In this document: one piece after another, positions 38,736 through 51,799 of the stretch
How positions within the stretch are numbered: the first letter of the stretch is position 1
Layout of the letters: every line of letters begins with the position of its first letter
The notes under the pieces: generated by a model
Told to the model about the DNA's origin: nothing
Databases searched by the model: none
The model's input: the letters and a program-made list of their open reading frames with translations, nothing else
Source: Callorhinchus milii
Taxonomy: Eukaryota
Reading direction: 5' to 3'
DNA length: 64,000 nt
Assembly (NCBI RefSeq): GCF_018977255.1
Contig: NW_024704742.1
Location: 44,456,001 to 44,520,000, forward strand
Made by a program: the position numbers and the translations under genes

Positions 38736-39744
38736 ATTTTTCAATAGAACATTTTGCAAAATTGGGTTTACAATTGAATGATTTTGCCCTGTAAAAACTT
38801 TATAATCTTAGTTGAGCTGTGAGTGGGATGTAGAGAAAATACACTGTATTTCTCTCTAAAAGTAGGGATCCACTCTAAAGATAGGTAGGTAATAGCATCT
38901 TACAGCAATCATGGGTAGTCCTAATCATTGACCAGAACATCTGTGGTAAATCAGTTCATTTGATCCTTCGCTCAGAACTACTACCTCCCCTTTATTAATT
39001 AATTGTTTGTTTGTTTAGCATGTTGGAATTCCGCAATGTTATTAAATCTGATGTTGCAAATTGCTGAATAGAAAAAAATACTGACTCAAGAAGTAAAACA
39101 ATGCAGATGGTAATTTGAATGAACTTTTTCCAATCCTTGTTCATGGAGTGTGGGGTGGGGGGGGGGTGAGGGTATGGGTGAGAATTGGCAGATCTTTAAA
39201 ATCAGTTCAGGAAAAAGCTCTGTGAATGCTGCAGTTGTTTGAGCCTTCTTGCTGGAATCAATTATATTTTAAAATGAACAATAGCAATAGTTTTATAAAA
39301 CATTCAAAAAAAATAAAAAGCAGATGCTGTGGTTATTACTAACGACACATTTCTCTCCTGAGAGACTTTTGCGACAAGATATTGTTCCAATAAGGGAATA
39401 AATGTCAGGTGAGGAAACCTATAAAGGAGAAAACCCCAAAAAGTAATTGAAAGAAAATATCTCCCAGAATCTGCTATTGTTGCTGGAAAAACACCTCCCC
39501 TGTGAATGATGATTTACTCAATAGCAGAGTAGATACTCTTCTTTTGGTTACAACACTAGCATTTGTGCAGTAGTTCTTTGCTTTTTAATTCCTTTTGGTA
39601 TTAGCTCCAGTGGCATGGTCTATTCTTTTACTAAAACACCTAATGTTTAAACCTTGTTGTGTAAAAGAAATACTAGCAGTGTGGTAATATTTTTCTTTGT
39701 CAAGTTTGTCCCTGTTTGTCTACTTCTCAGTAGGTGTATCACCT

Positions 39745-40130
39745 TGGCTTAGATGGTAGCACTTCCATCAAAAGTCAAAATGTTGAGTCAAAATGTTGTA
39801 GGTTTAAACCCATATTGGAGGTTGAATTTGTAGTCTTGGCTGTCACTAAAGGCCCTGCTACATATTTGGAGATATTTATCTCATCATAACTCATCTTTTC
39901 TGTCTGGACAGGTCAATATTAAAATATTTGGAAAGAGAAGGAAGTTTCTCCTGATGTTATGGCCAACAATGCTATGGATAAATTGATTATTCACCTCATG
40001 AATTTGTGTGATATTATTGTTCACAAATTGCCTGCTTTATTTTCCTGCAAACACAGTCACAATATCTCTGAAGCGATTTGCTACATTTTGACGTTTTTGG
40101 CACTGCATTAAATGCTAGGATTATTATTAT
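39745..40130 (+). mobile_element. Old Deu-type SINE, highly diverged
   Basis: ggcttagatggtagcact head, tggccaacaat body, ggattattattat tail. Confidence 0.6.
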
Positions 40131-40610
40131 GCTGCTCTCATGCTTCTTGTTGTGGCTGGTTAGTTGCAGCAATGGCAAAAGCTTGTCTGTTTGCATTTTC
40201 AGATAAGGAAAGATGTAGGGCAGAGGGGAATATAAAGAGAGAGAGAATATTATTTAAAACTGATCAGATGTGAACTCTGCTTGTGCTGACTGTAATCAGA
40301 TGGTTTCCATGAGACCCCCTACGATCAACTTCTCTTCAATACACCAGCACTTGCTAGAAATACCTTTCACTATACCTCTGAGAAGCTGCTTAAATTAGGT
40401 TTAATTTGCAATATTTGCAAAAAAGAGTGGGATGTTTTAATATGGGTCTCCTCAGTGGTTCTACTGGAGACACTGGGTTCTGAAATCTAACAAAGTGTGG
40501 GGAGGCAAAGTTACACACAACATTCCTGTTGTTTGGAATCAGTGTGGCACAAGAATGCCTGAGGTGAATCTCCATCTTTTATCAAAAACAGGAACATTAT
40601 TCATGGCTGA

Positions 40611-40866
40611 TTTTTGGGGGTCAGTCAGGTGTGTGAAACATACAGAAACCCATCACCGTGCTTTTAGGGTATCCAAAACAGAGTTGCATACATGTCACCT
40701 ATATTCATGTAAATGTTCGTGTTTCAAATGGAATGTATACTCTCTCCCTAGAGGGTGCAATCTGCTTATCTAAATCTCAAAAGTATTAGGCACTGGTTGG
40801 CAACAGCCAAGGCTTGGGGAACCCAGAATGTGCATTGGGATACTTCTGGAGTTAAACTAGCAAAAA
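40611..40866 (-). repeat. Family X copy, 3' part
   Basis: gtattaggcactggttggcaacagccaaggcttggggaacccagaatgtgcattgggatacttctggag matches the other copies. Confidence 0.8.
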
Positions 40867-42324
40867 TTATTGCCATTGAATGAATTATTTAGTAAGTTTC
40901 CTGCTGCTTGTCCAGCTCAGACCACCCTACCTTGACAGGAGCTGAGTGGGAAAGAGTCTCTGCCTCCATTGACTGGTCCACCTTCCGAGGTCCTACTGAT
41001 AAGAAGCAGCTGCTTACCTCCCTGACTACCATTGAGGTGAATTCCAAGCCCTGGATCTATGAACATGTGTTCATGAACCCAGATTCCAGGTGATGCATTC
41101 CAGCAGCTGTTACCCCAAGCCTCAGAGTTTCCTCATCAGCTATCTGACAGACATGCTCGGCCTGGTGGGAGGACCTTTATAGGTCAGCTTGTGACATGGT
41201 AGCCATCTTAATTACACCTGACTGAAGCAGGAAGTTGTCAGCATCAAGTGGGTTTGGAAGTGTGAAACTTGGTAAAGTCACTGGTTGCCATTTCATGTTT
41301 ATTCTTTGCTTTGTACCAGGAACATAACAATCTTACTAAGCTTCTACCAAGCACTTGGTAAAATAATTTTGGTTAATTTTTGTCAATCCAAATTTTCTGT
41401 GCTGTTTATTTGAGCTAAAATAAGCTTTTGCAAGCACTCAATATGTTTGAGTTCTCAGAGGATTAATCAATGGATACTCAAACTATCTGCATTTCATCAC
41501 TAGACGTTAATGTTGCTTCGGTCAAAGTACATATCACAGCATTATATTTTAGAAACAGTGTGCTGGATAATTGACTAGCATATTATGTACCCCACTAATA
41601 CTTCACCATTCACTTCAACAGAAGACAAATCCCAGTCAGCTTTACGTGATGTCAGCATCAGCATCTGTCAAAGCCAAGTCAGAACAAACATACATTGACC
41701 ACTGGAAGGCAGGAGAAACATTGGAGGCTGAGAACTGTCTGCAGAGATTGTAATCCAATCAATGCAGTAGGCTAAGGTTGCAATGTTTATCCAAGTGCAT
41801 AGTAAAAACCTAAACAAGAGTAGTTTTAAACTGCAGGAGAACTGCTTCCTAGCTTTGCTGCCTGGTTTCAGTCTGTTGGGTCCTCCCAATTTTCAAACTG
41901 ATTCCTAAAACTGCTCCTGAAAAATAAACATTGTTGGGCCAAATCGCTGACAAGGGAACAATTTGCAGACTCTAATAGTTTTTTTTTCACAAGTGTTATT
42001 TTCTGCTGCAATGTTTTCCTTTTGTGTGCACAGCATTTGAAGAAATGGAAATGTAATTTTCTAGCTTAATTTTAAACGGTGTGCACGCAATAGTAAAACA
42101 TGTTATCAAACAACATCAGAAACATCACCAGATTCTGTGATGTGTAGTTAATGTTTGTTGAATAAATGAGCACAGAGCAGGTCAAAGTGCTCTGGGAGTT
42201 CCTAGGATTATCATATCAAATATAGAGAAGACAATGACTGGTTGAAGGTAAATTATAGTCCGAATATACATCCCATAGTATAGTGTACTTCTGCAAAGCA
42301 CCAGAAAGAATAATATAATAATCA

Positions 42325-42430
42325 TATTATAATCCTTGCATTTGATATAGTGCCTATCATGTCATCCAGGTATCTCAAAGAGCTTCACTGGATATACTGT
42401 AAAGTGCGTGACTGTATATTTTGTAGGCTG
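42325..42430 (-). mobile_element. 5'-truncated young SINE
   Basis: aatccttgcatttgatatagtgcc...atactgtaaagtg. Confidence 0.75.
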
Positions 42431-43170
42431 AATCATTGCTTTTTAGAATTATCCCCTCCAAACCAGATGGAAAACATAATGACCTTTGCAAATATAACAA
42501 CAAAAATATTCTATTGAATATATTAAAAGGATTGCCTAGTTATGTGAAATTATTTTGGATATTTACATAATAGCTATCACCTAAAGTTGTGATTCAAATA
42601 CTGTATTTCGAAAGCAACATGATGCTGACCTGATGTACTGGATTCAATCTTCTTCAGTCTTTTTGATTTATTACTCACATCCAATGTACGAACACTATCA
42701 TTTGTCATCAATGTGTTGTGACTTTGCCACTCACTAATGTTGTAGCATAATTGTTAGCAGAGAGGCTACTATACTTAATGTAATATTTAATTCATGTTAA
42801 TTGGAAAGTTGCATTTTAGATAGCTATGTTTTTGTAATATGCAAACAAATCCATTTACTTGTTTCCTAACCATTAAAAACTGTTTAAAGTAATTTCCAAT
42901 TATTAACTCAATTACATTGACAAATAAAACAATTAAAATTGGTTTTCCGTAAGAATTATAAGCACATGTTCAGTAACAGTGGTCTTAAAAATCTATAAAA
43001 ATAAAAATAAATGTTTTGAATAGCAACAACTTGCATTTATATTGCTCCCTTCATTCAATGTAGTCTTGGAGTGCTTAACTATAAGTATAATTATTTACTA
43101 TATAATTAATTACTATAACTATTTTTGTTTAAATTTATGCCATGTCAATTAAAAACCTTGTGTTTTGAAA

Positions 43171-43645
43171 CTGGCTCCAAGGTGATGTGCATGGCAATGG
43201 AATATCGGAATTGAATGAATGTTCTGAGGCGGTCTTGGTCATCTGGTGCCTTAGCCAGGTTGGTCTGCAGTACTCAAGGGCACCTATGATGACAGACCAG
43301 CCAGCCTGGCTCACCGGCAGGACTTAGAGGGACAGACTGGTCACTGGGAGCAAGGATTCTTTCTACTCGGCTTTTGTTAACCTTTCAAGTCAAAGCCCCA
43401 ATGATGGTCCTAAAACGACTTGCAACAGAAAGCTTGCCAGACAATACTCTCAATTACAAGCTATACACCTTTAGCTGGTTGAAATCCAGCAGTACCTCAA
43501 ATGCACATCTTGAGGACCCCAAGTCTTGGCTCTTATCACCCTGTTCCTAGTATTTTCCAGAACTATATGTAGAATTCTCAGTCTAGTTTGGCTACTGTTA
43601 AACATGGTGATAGCTTTTTGCATGTGTCAGACACCCAGCTGACCA
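43171..43645 (+). repeat. Family X copy, long, with an internal deletion
   Basis: Collinear with the reverse complement of 59241-59775 from ctggctccaag to gtgtcagacacccagctgacca. Confidence 0.85.
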
Positions 43646-43857
43646 TGAGATTGTTTGTGGGACACTGCTGTGTGTAAAATTGTTTGCCTACAAAAACAGT
43701 CACTACAAATGAATCACTTTGTGACATTTTGATGTTATAGGACCTATAAACCTGGGAGTTTTTCCACTTACTGTATTGAAACAGCAAGGAGGTATCGTGC
43801 TCCAAGGTCAATGCCACTCTATAATTGTATTTTAGGAGTCATGCAAGAGTGATTATA

Positions 43858-44170
43858 AATAATAATAATCTTTGCATTTGATATAGTGTTTTTCACATCT
43901 TCTATACGTCTCAAAGCACTTCACAGGATATACTGTGAAATGAATTGACTGTATATTTGTGGGCGAAACGAAGCAGCCAATTGCGCACAGCAGTGTCCCA
44001 CAAATAGTCATGGATTGAAAAGCCCAATTTTTTTTATTATTGTTTTTTTCTTCAGGGATTATTATCAGGCATGTGGAGGAAACTTGCCCAAGGTTTAGCC
44101 CTGCCAGAAATCAAACCCAGGTCTCTCGCTTGCAACGTGAGTGCTCTAACCACTGAGCTAGAAAACTCCA
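43858..44170 (-). mobile_element. Young tRNA-Ala-headed SINE (short variant)
   Basis: Full head, body and tail. Confidence 0.92.
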
Positions 44171-45261
44171 ATAATAAGCTTGTATAACTTTCAGGCGTCA
44201 AATCATCTGGTATGATCAACAGTGACTATACTCTGGGGAGGAAGCAAGTGGGATCTGTTTTGAGCTGAGTTCGTTCCAAGGTGGCGTGCTTGGCAATGGA
44301 ATGTCAGAATTGAGTCAATTCCTCATGCTGGGAATATGTCACTCAGTGAGAAGTAAGAATGTCGTTGCAACTGTAGCAGAATGCTTTGGTGAAATAGAGT
44401 GAAGTAAGATCACTCTTTTATGCATGAATAAGCTGACCTTTCAGAGCAATTGGCTGATAATGAGAAGGTTTGTCACTTCGAAACCTGTGATCACAATCAT
44501 TCAATTCCAAATCCAATCCGAGAAGCAAAACATTTTTTAAGCCAATGCTTCTGTCCCTCAAAATAAAATAAAATATTGCAAGCTATGCACACTTACAGGT
44601 TATTAGTTCCAGATTCAGGATCTATCTTTCCAATTATGTTAATCTTTTTATTCCACTGACTGTATCTTATGAATTATTCAGCTTTGATTGTGAGCAGTGA
44701 ATACATTGCTCTGGGGATATCCGGATTTGATGCTTCTTATATGCTAGTCACATTACAATGTCAAACTTGGGTTAGGATTTCAGAGTTTGGAATATTAAGA
44801 GAGTTTGTTCTAAAAAGAAAAGCCTGACTTCATCTAAAGGTATAATTATGATCCAGGTATATTCAAAAAAATATTTGCTTAATTGAAAGGAAATTTGCAA
44901 CACAGAGGAGATTCTCTCAACAACTAGAAGCAGAGGAACTAAAAGGATGAAACACCACTTGCAGTTGGATTTAACTGTTATTTGAAGAGACTGTGAAATG
45001 TAATGGTGAGGTCATGAAACCAATTAACTTTACATTGAAATTGCCTGAAAAACGAACTTGCAATTTTTTTTAGCTAAACTTCTTTAGGTGTGCAGTTTTA
45101 TACAGATGCGTTAATTTCATGCCAGATTTAGCCACATGTAAAAAAGTTGAAATGTGAGGCAGAAGCACAAAGATTAATATTCTGCTCCAAATCCAACAGT
45201 TTATGTTAAGTTTCAACAACTTCTTTATTGCCATCTAGATTTCTCACCTGCCAATTAAGAT

Positions 45262-45373
45262 TCACCCACAAAATACACAGTAATTCACTTTACAGTATAT
45301 TCTGTGAAGGACTTTGAAATGTCTTGAAGACATGATAAGGTACTATATCACAAGCAAGGATTATTATTATTAT
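45262..45373 (+). mobile_element. 5'-truncated young SINE
   Basis: cacaaaatacacagtaattcactttacag...gcaaggattattattatt. Confidence 0.8.
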
Positions 45374-46585
45374 TTAGCTGCCGACACATGATTAGCCAGT
45401 TTTTTTATCCACAGTTTTTATGCTTGGTGGGGATTTTACAGGTAGCATGGGAGCTAATTTGTGGCAAGCATCATACAGAGAAGGAAAAGTACTACGAACC
45501 AGAGACCCAAACAGATAGGGTGGGAAGTTGCACTGAAGGATACCTGAAGAGGGAAGAAGTTACCCTGAGAAGTGAAGTTCCATTCAGGTCAAATTATGTA
45601 ATTTTGAGATTACCTCTATACCGATACAGGAGTGTCACACAAAGCCTGACATAAATGTACACTTAAATTGGCATTAAGGATACCTTTAGGGTTCTTGACA
45701 ATAAAACGGTAAAGTTTGCGATATTTCTCATTTTCCACTAGCATCTTGAACTTACTCCCCACAGTTTGTTCATTTCAGTTGTGAACCCAGGCAGATAATC
45801 AATCAAAAATATGGAGGAAAACATTGTTATGTTACTGCTTCCTGATCTGTCAGGTTGAAATCCACTTTTAGGCCCCAAAACATTTTAAAACTAGGATTTC
45901 CCTTAGACTATACCACTGTGCATTTTTATCCTTGATACATTTAATCCTTGATAGATTTTTAAATTGGGTTTCCCTCGACTTTACCAATGTGCTCGAAAAT
46001 TGGGGAGGGGGTGGAAGAGAGGGGAGATTTTTCAGTTTGTTGGGGTCTAAAATATAATTTAAATTTAGTACAATTTGTGTTGTATTTTAAAAAGTTATAA
46101 TTCACATTCAATGCCAACCATGATTCGCATGGGTGTTATGGAGATAAATCCATTCTCAATGCTCACATCCTTGCAGCCAACTCATGCCTTCGACTTTCAG
46201 CACTTTTGTCCTGTTATCATCATTGTAAGTGTATTAGTGGTGTCAAGCTTCATTGACATTTGTAACAGATCATTCTTTGCCTCCACCTCCCATGCATGTA
46301 GTCCAGTACAGCTTCACTCTGGAATTCACAAAACAAATCAAGCCCATCAAATAAAGCCTTGCCCTTGAAAAACATTTTCAATATCTACAAACATTAATTT
46401 CCACTAACCAAATTGTATCACCTGACTGTTCCTTAATTCAGATTCTTTTTTTGTTGAATTACGCTTTCTATACTTAAGAGCCCAAATGTCAGTCTTTTGC
46501 ACTGTGTATATTCTGTTAGCTAAAAGGCCTACTAAATCTCAGCAAATCAAGAGTCGTCGTGCAAAGCTGAATAGCTCTTGGAAAT

Positions 46586-46628
46586 GTTTCCATTTCATTT
46601 GACTTGGAAAGTCAAATGAAATGGAAAC
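46586..46628. repeat. Perfect 20-bp inverted repeat with a 3-nt spacer
   Basis: gtttccatttcatttgactt-gga-aagtcaaatgaaatggaaac. Confidence 0.95.
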
Positions 46629-47089
46629 TTACTCCTGGTCCAGCACTTGCAATTTAGTGGAATGCCTTAAAGCACCAAGTTTAGTGGTTGCTCATTTGTA
46701 ATTTTTTGTCCTAGTGTCAGTGAACTGACGAAGAGAGAAGACATCATGGAGTTACTTGTGACTAACTGCCCAAAGGTGAGAGAGGAAAAGCTTAAGAGAA
46801 CAAAGGCACTAAAGTTTGTTGCTTTGCAATGCTGTGTTGCATAACATTGGCAATTATCATTTGTTCCAATTTCAAGATTTTGCCTGACTTTCTTAGGCTA
46901 TTATTTGGCAGCTGAAAGTAAACATGTTTTAACATAGGCAAAATTCAAAAGAGAATTAGGAAAGAATAAATATTAATGAAAAAGAAAACATTAAATCTGT
47001 CAACACTAAATCAGGTATTATGTTTTAAGAATGTCTCACAAACAGAATTCTAGTGTCTATACAAGAAAATCATAGGTGTTTTCCAAATT

Positions 47090-47420
47090 ACTAACACATT
47101 TTAAAATTATGAATGGTTTTAGAAGGATAAATAGAGAAAGACTATTTCTATTGATTGATAAATCAGTAACTAAATGGCATAAATTGAAGGTTATCACCAG
47201 AAGTAAAAATGAGGGGAGTTAGGGGACAATTTTCATACAGGAGAAAGTTACAATATAAAATGTATTAACATAAATGACTCTTGAAGCTGAATCCATAACA
47301 GCATTTAAAAGAGACTTTGATATGTCCTTGAGAGAAAATCATGAAAAGGTAATGGGAAAGAGCAGGGATATAGGATTAGAGTTAGAGAGTTGTAGTTGAG
47401 GAGCTGTTACCAGCACAGAA
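47090..47420 (+). mobile_element. CR1 3' fragment
   Basis: FKIMNGFRRINRERLFLL...HKLK; aaaagagactttgat...gggaaagagcaggg. Confidence 0.7.
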
Positions 47421-48081
47421 ACACAAATTCCACACTCTCCCAGTCCTGATTCAAGATTTTTCAGATCAGAGGCTAGCAATTTTCACCAGTGATAATTATC
47501 ATGTCACAGGTTTCCCCTCTTTATTTGTCTCATTACATTTTCTGAAATACTTGTCCAATTCCCTTTCGTATCATGTGTTATGGAGTCAGCTTCAAGAGCT
47601 ATTTGTAAATCATGTTCAGAATATAGTCTGCATTTTTTTGTAGGTAACATATGCAGCTGCACAACTTGACTTTTCCGAAGAATAGAATCAATGTAATCAT
47701 TGACTTGGTAGCGTGAACTTTGACTGGATTATGAATGCCTTGAGTAACTGTTTGTGACCCAGTGAAGGGATCCTGGCTATTGAAGTATGCTCTGTAGAGC
47801 AGAAAATTCTTGATTCTGGTCCAACAGCACACCATGGTATTGTAGTCATTCCCTGGGCTATGGTAAAGGTGCAATGGGGCTGATGGTGTTCATGTGGCTA
47901 AGTAATAATAAGCCATGTTAAACTTAAATTCTCCCAGAGTTTGGACCATTTTACAAACCTGCAATGCTGCTGCATACATACATACTGCAATGCTGTTGAA
48001 TACATGCGAAGAATGGTGTCCAAAATGTGGCATTTGCAACAGGATTGGATAAACATCAATTTATAACCATTCGATCCTGCA

Positions 48082-48433
48082 ATAATAATCCTTACTTTTG
48101 ATATATAGCGCCTTATCACTTTGTTGAAATGTTTCAAAGCATTTCACATAATATACTGTAAAGTGAATTGACTATATTTTTGTAGGCGAAATGCGGCAGC
48201 CAATTGCGCACAGCAGTGTCCCACAAACAGTCATGGATTGAGTGACCAATTTTTTTTAAAAGGAATTATTATCCCTGGAAAAGCGATCTGCCAATCGACT
48301 AACAACCAGGTTCCTACTTACTGCTAAGTAATCAGAGGAATGTGGAATAAGGAAAATTGCCCAATTTTTTGCCCTGTCCGGGAATCGAACCCAGGTCTCT
48401 CGCTTGCGAGGCGAGTGCTCGAACCACTGAGAC
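48082..48433 (-). mobile_element. tRNA-Ala-headed SINE (long variant)
   Basis: Contains the ctggaaaagcgatctgccaatcgac segment, as in 37262-37638. Confidence 0.9.
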
Positions 48434-50287
48434 AAATTGATGTGCTTCTTGCCTAGTCATGGGTCGAGCATAGAGGGACACTGGAGTCTGAGTGTACATT
48501 CTTCTTGTGAGTCAGCAGTACTCACAGAATCTTACACGGTTTGCAGAATATTTTTCAGATTCTGTTGCGAATGCTGCATTTTTTATCTTAATGTTGAACG
48601 TTTTGCACCATAGTTTATGTAATAACTTTTAATGAAGGCTTTAGAAATGTCTTCAAAATGTCTTTGTTATGGGCAGCTTTTCATTTTTTGCTTGCTTTCT
48701 CTCTATCTCTTTGTGCAGACTGTAAAGTATGTGTATGGCTCTGCTTGCTGCCCCCTCACAACTAAGTACTTTCCTCAGGCAGGTTTTCACTTGCAATCCC
48801 TTCTTGTTCTTTGAACTTTAATGAGACAATTAATTCCAGAGCCATTTGACCTTTGAACATCAAACGTATTCATTTCAAAGAACAATTCAATATGACAAAG
48901 CTTTGAATTTGTGAGTTATTTAATTTGTGGGGCTGGATCTCAGCACTTGTTAATTGACATTGTTTTTGATTACAGCAAAATTTCTGGAGGTAAACCACAT
49001 ACCTGGTTGTGATGGAATTTCAGAGAGCAATCAAAATCAATGGTCTTTTCAAACGTTTGCTAGCCTTTGTTCTTACAGCTTTAACAAAGTAACAGGTAGG
49101 ACCACTTTTAAAAATATTGTCACACTGTCAATTCAACCAGCTCAGTAACTGTGAATTTAATTCTTTACTTCCTAATGAAGTATCAAGTGAATAGATATAA
49201 CTCAAAATAATAAACTAAAGTACTTTTCTTACTAAAATTATGGATTACATAAGAAGATCTAATTATGAAACCATCACTTAGTTACAGATACAATACCACA
49301 GCAGTTAGCTGGCTTCCAACATAAAATAATTAAGAGAGTAACAGACATTCAAGTGTCAAATACGAATGTCCAAGTTAAATATATGAACTCCATCATTAGC
49401 CCTGCTAAGAAGTCTACCCTTGATGTCTTTAGTATTAACCTATAAGGTTTGGGCAATGAAATCAGTCTTTATTGTCCTATAAAGGTCCTGAATGACCAAC
49501 AGGATCTCGTCTCATATGTTTTGACCTTATAATTAAGTGTACTGTCTGCAGCTTTGGATGTTTGTAATCTCCACTCTGTCATTGTCTTCTATTTGTAACA
49601 ACTTACAAGTATTTTACCCTGAAGGTATCTTGAAGAAACATCATTCTTTCTTTCTGGTACCACCTGCAGTCTTGTTGCTTGTTTATAGACAGGATATAGG
49701 CTTTCACACATTATTAGAGCACTGGGGCCTTTTGTATAAGATACATTGATATGTACAGAGCATTGAACACAATCTAGTGATGACTTTGCCAGCTTTCTGA
49801 CAGTCTTAGCTATGTGGTTTGAAGAGGCATTTTGGTAGATTACATGCGAACACCTGATGGTCTAATGTATGGAGAAAAACTTCCTTTATGGTCAATAGTC
49901 CCTAATGGTTCAGTTTGAATTAGATCCCTGGAGGTGGAATATGTTCATGCTCCCTTGGGACATCCCCCAGTGGTTTAGTGGGTTGAATAGAAGTGTTTGT
50001 GTTCCATAATAACCTAGGGAAAGAGTAATCTGTAGTCTCTGATATGAACAATTCAACCTTGAGCAGGGGAAAATAAATATTTTGGACTGAGGGACCATGA
50101 TTTAACCCAATTATTTTTGGTTAACCGGGTGTCTGACACATCGGAAACACATCCATCATCATGCAAGAATTATTATTATTTTTCTACTATTCTTCATGAG
50201 ATCTAGCCCTCAAAATATCTATTCAATGTATAAAAAAAAGCAAAATAGGGGTGAGACCAACCTTGAAAGTTGCAGCCTGCATTGGGA

Positions 50288-50607
50288 AATAATAATAATA
50301 ATAATCCTTGCATTTGATATAGCGCTTTTCACATCGGGAGGACGTCCCAAAGCGCTTCACAGAACACACTGTAAAGTGAATTGACTATATTTGTGGGCGA
50401 ATGCGGCAGCCAATTGCGCACAGCAATGTCCCACAAACAGTCGTAGATTGAAAATGACCAATTTATTATTGTTTTCGGTTTTGGAAGGATTATTATTAGG
50501 CGTGTGGAGTAAGGAAACTTGCCCAAGGTTTCGCTCTGCCTGGAATTGAACTCGGGTCTCTCGCTTGCAAAGCGAGTGCTCTAACCACTGAGCCACAGGA
50601 CTCCACT
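50288..50607 (-). mobile_element. Young tRNA-Ala-headed SINE (short variant)
   Basis: Near-identical to 27897-28213; followed by a short duplicate of internal SINE sequence (about 50617-50648). Confidence 0.95.
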
Positions 50608-51799
50608 GTAAAGTTTATATACTGTAAAGTGAATTGACTGTATATTTTCAGAGGGAAGTGCAACCAAAGAACCTCATATGTTGTCCCGGACGAAGCAGTT
50701 GGTGTTCAGTAAACCTGGTCAACAGTTATCTATCATGTTTCCTAGCTCCTGTGCGGGAAACAGAGGGGTTTCCTTCTGCTCATTTGCGAAGTCTAGGACC
50801 AAACAGTGAGGTGGACTTCTGATGAAAAGGGGAAGCAGTTGCAGGGAGCAAGAGCTTGTCACCTTGTTTTAATTAATGATGTACCTCTTTCTAATGATAT
50901 ATGCTGTAGATAGTCTGTGTACATAGAGTTTGTGTAAAATAAGATGCTTTCACTTTAAGCGCAATTATGATCCAGGGAGCAGAATGTCATTTTAAAGCGG
51001 TACAGCCTTGATAACGCAAGGTCTGTTACCTGGGTGACAAAATGCAGGAAAGGGTCACATGGGGTTCTGGAGAGGGAACCAAGTGACGCATAGGATGGGG
51101 AGGAGATTGGAAATGGAGGGAAAAGGTACCAAGTGATACATTGAATAGGGGAGCAGTTAGAAAAAGATAAAACGAGGGGGGTTCATAAAACTCTGAGTCA
51201 CTCTTCGCCTTTTGTGTCATCAAGGAGGTACGTGCCTGACCTGAGAGCCTTGTCTCCAGGTCAAGATTGTTTTTTTCTTTGTCTACTAAGTTTTCGTAAA
51301 GCTGCTTGTGTCACAGTTATAGTGTCAGGGTTTTTCTATTTCTTAATGTTGCATCAGTTTATCTTGTTCTGGGCAGTGTAAGTGAGGCATAGGGCTGTAA
51401 AGACACATAAAACACTGTTAAATTTTCTATACAGTGCATCTCGAGTTTGTGTTAAATTTAAAGAGGAAGGGAGAGACACAAACAGGTTACTGCGGACGTC
51501 AGCTGTCTGATAGTGCGAGGGATGCTGATTGAAGCATCCCATTGTTGCGTTATAAGGCATTGGGCTTACCTGTGGTCATGTTAATTCTTATTTAGTGGAG
51601 TTTTACTCAGAGAGGAAACTTGCACATCCCAGAGAAGGATCTGCACAGAGGCCACCTGGCACACCGTGCTCTTTGTCACAACATGGGAATACATTTAGGG
51701 GTGAGAACCATCGCAGTCTCCAGCCTACACGAGAGGTGTACACTCAGAAATTCAGTAGAAATGTTTTTAAGTCTATTTAATAGTACTACATTAATAGGT

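Noticed and set aside
41127..41139. CTGATGAG-GAAAC on the minus strand, resembling a hammerhead core
   Set aside because: There is no stem II between the two core boxes and no convincing flanking stems.
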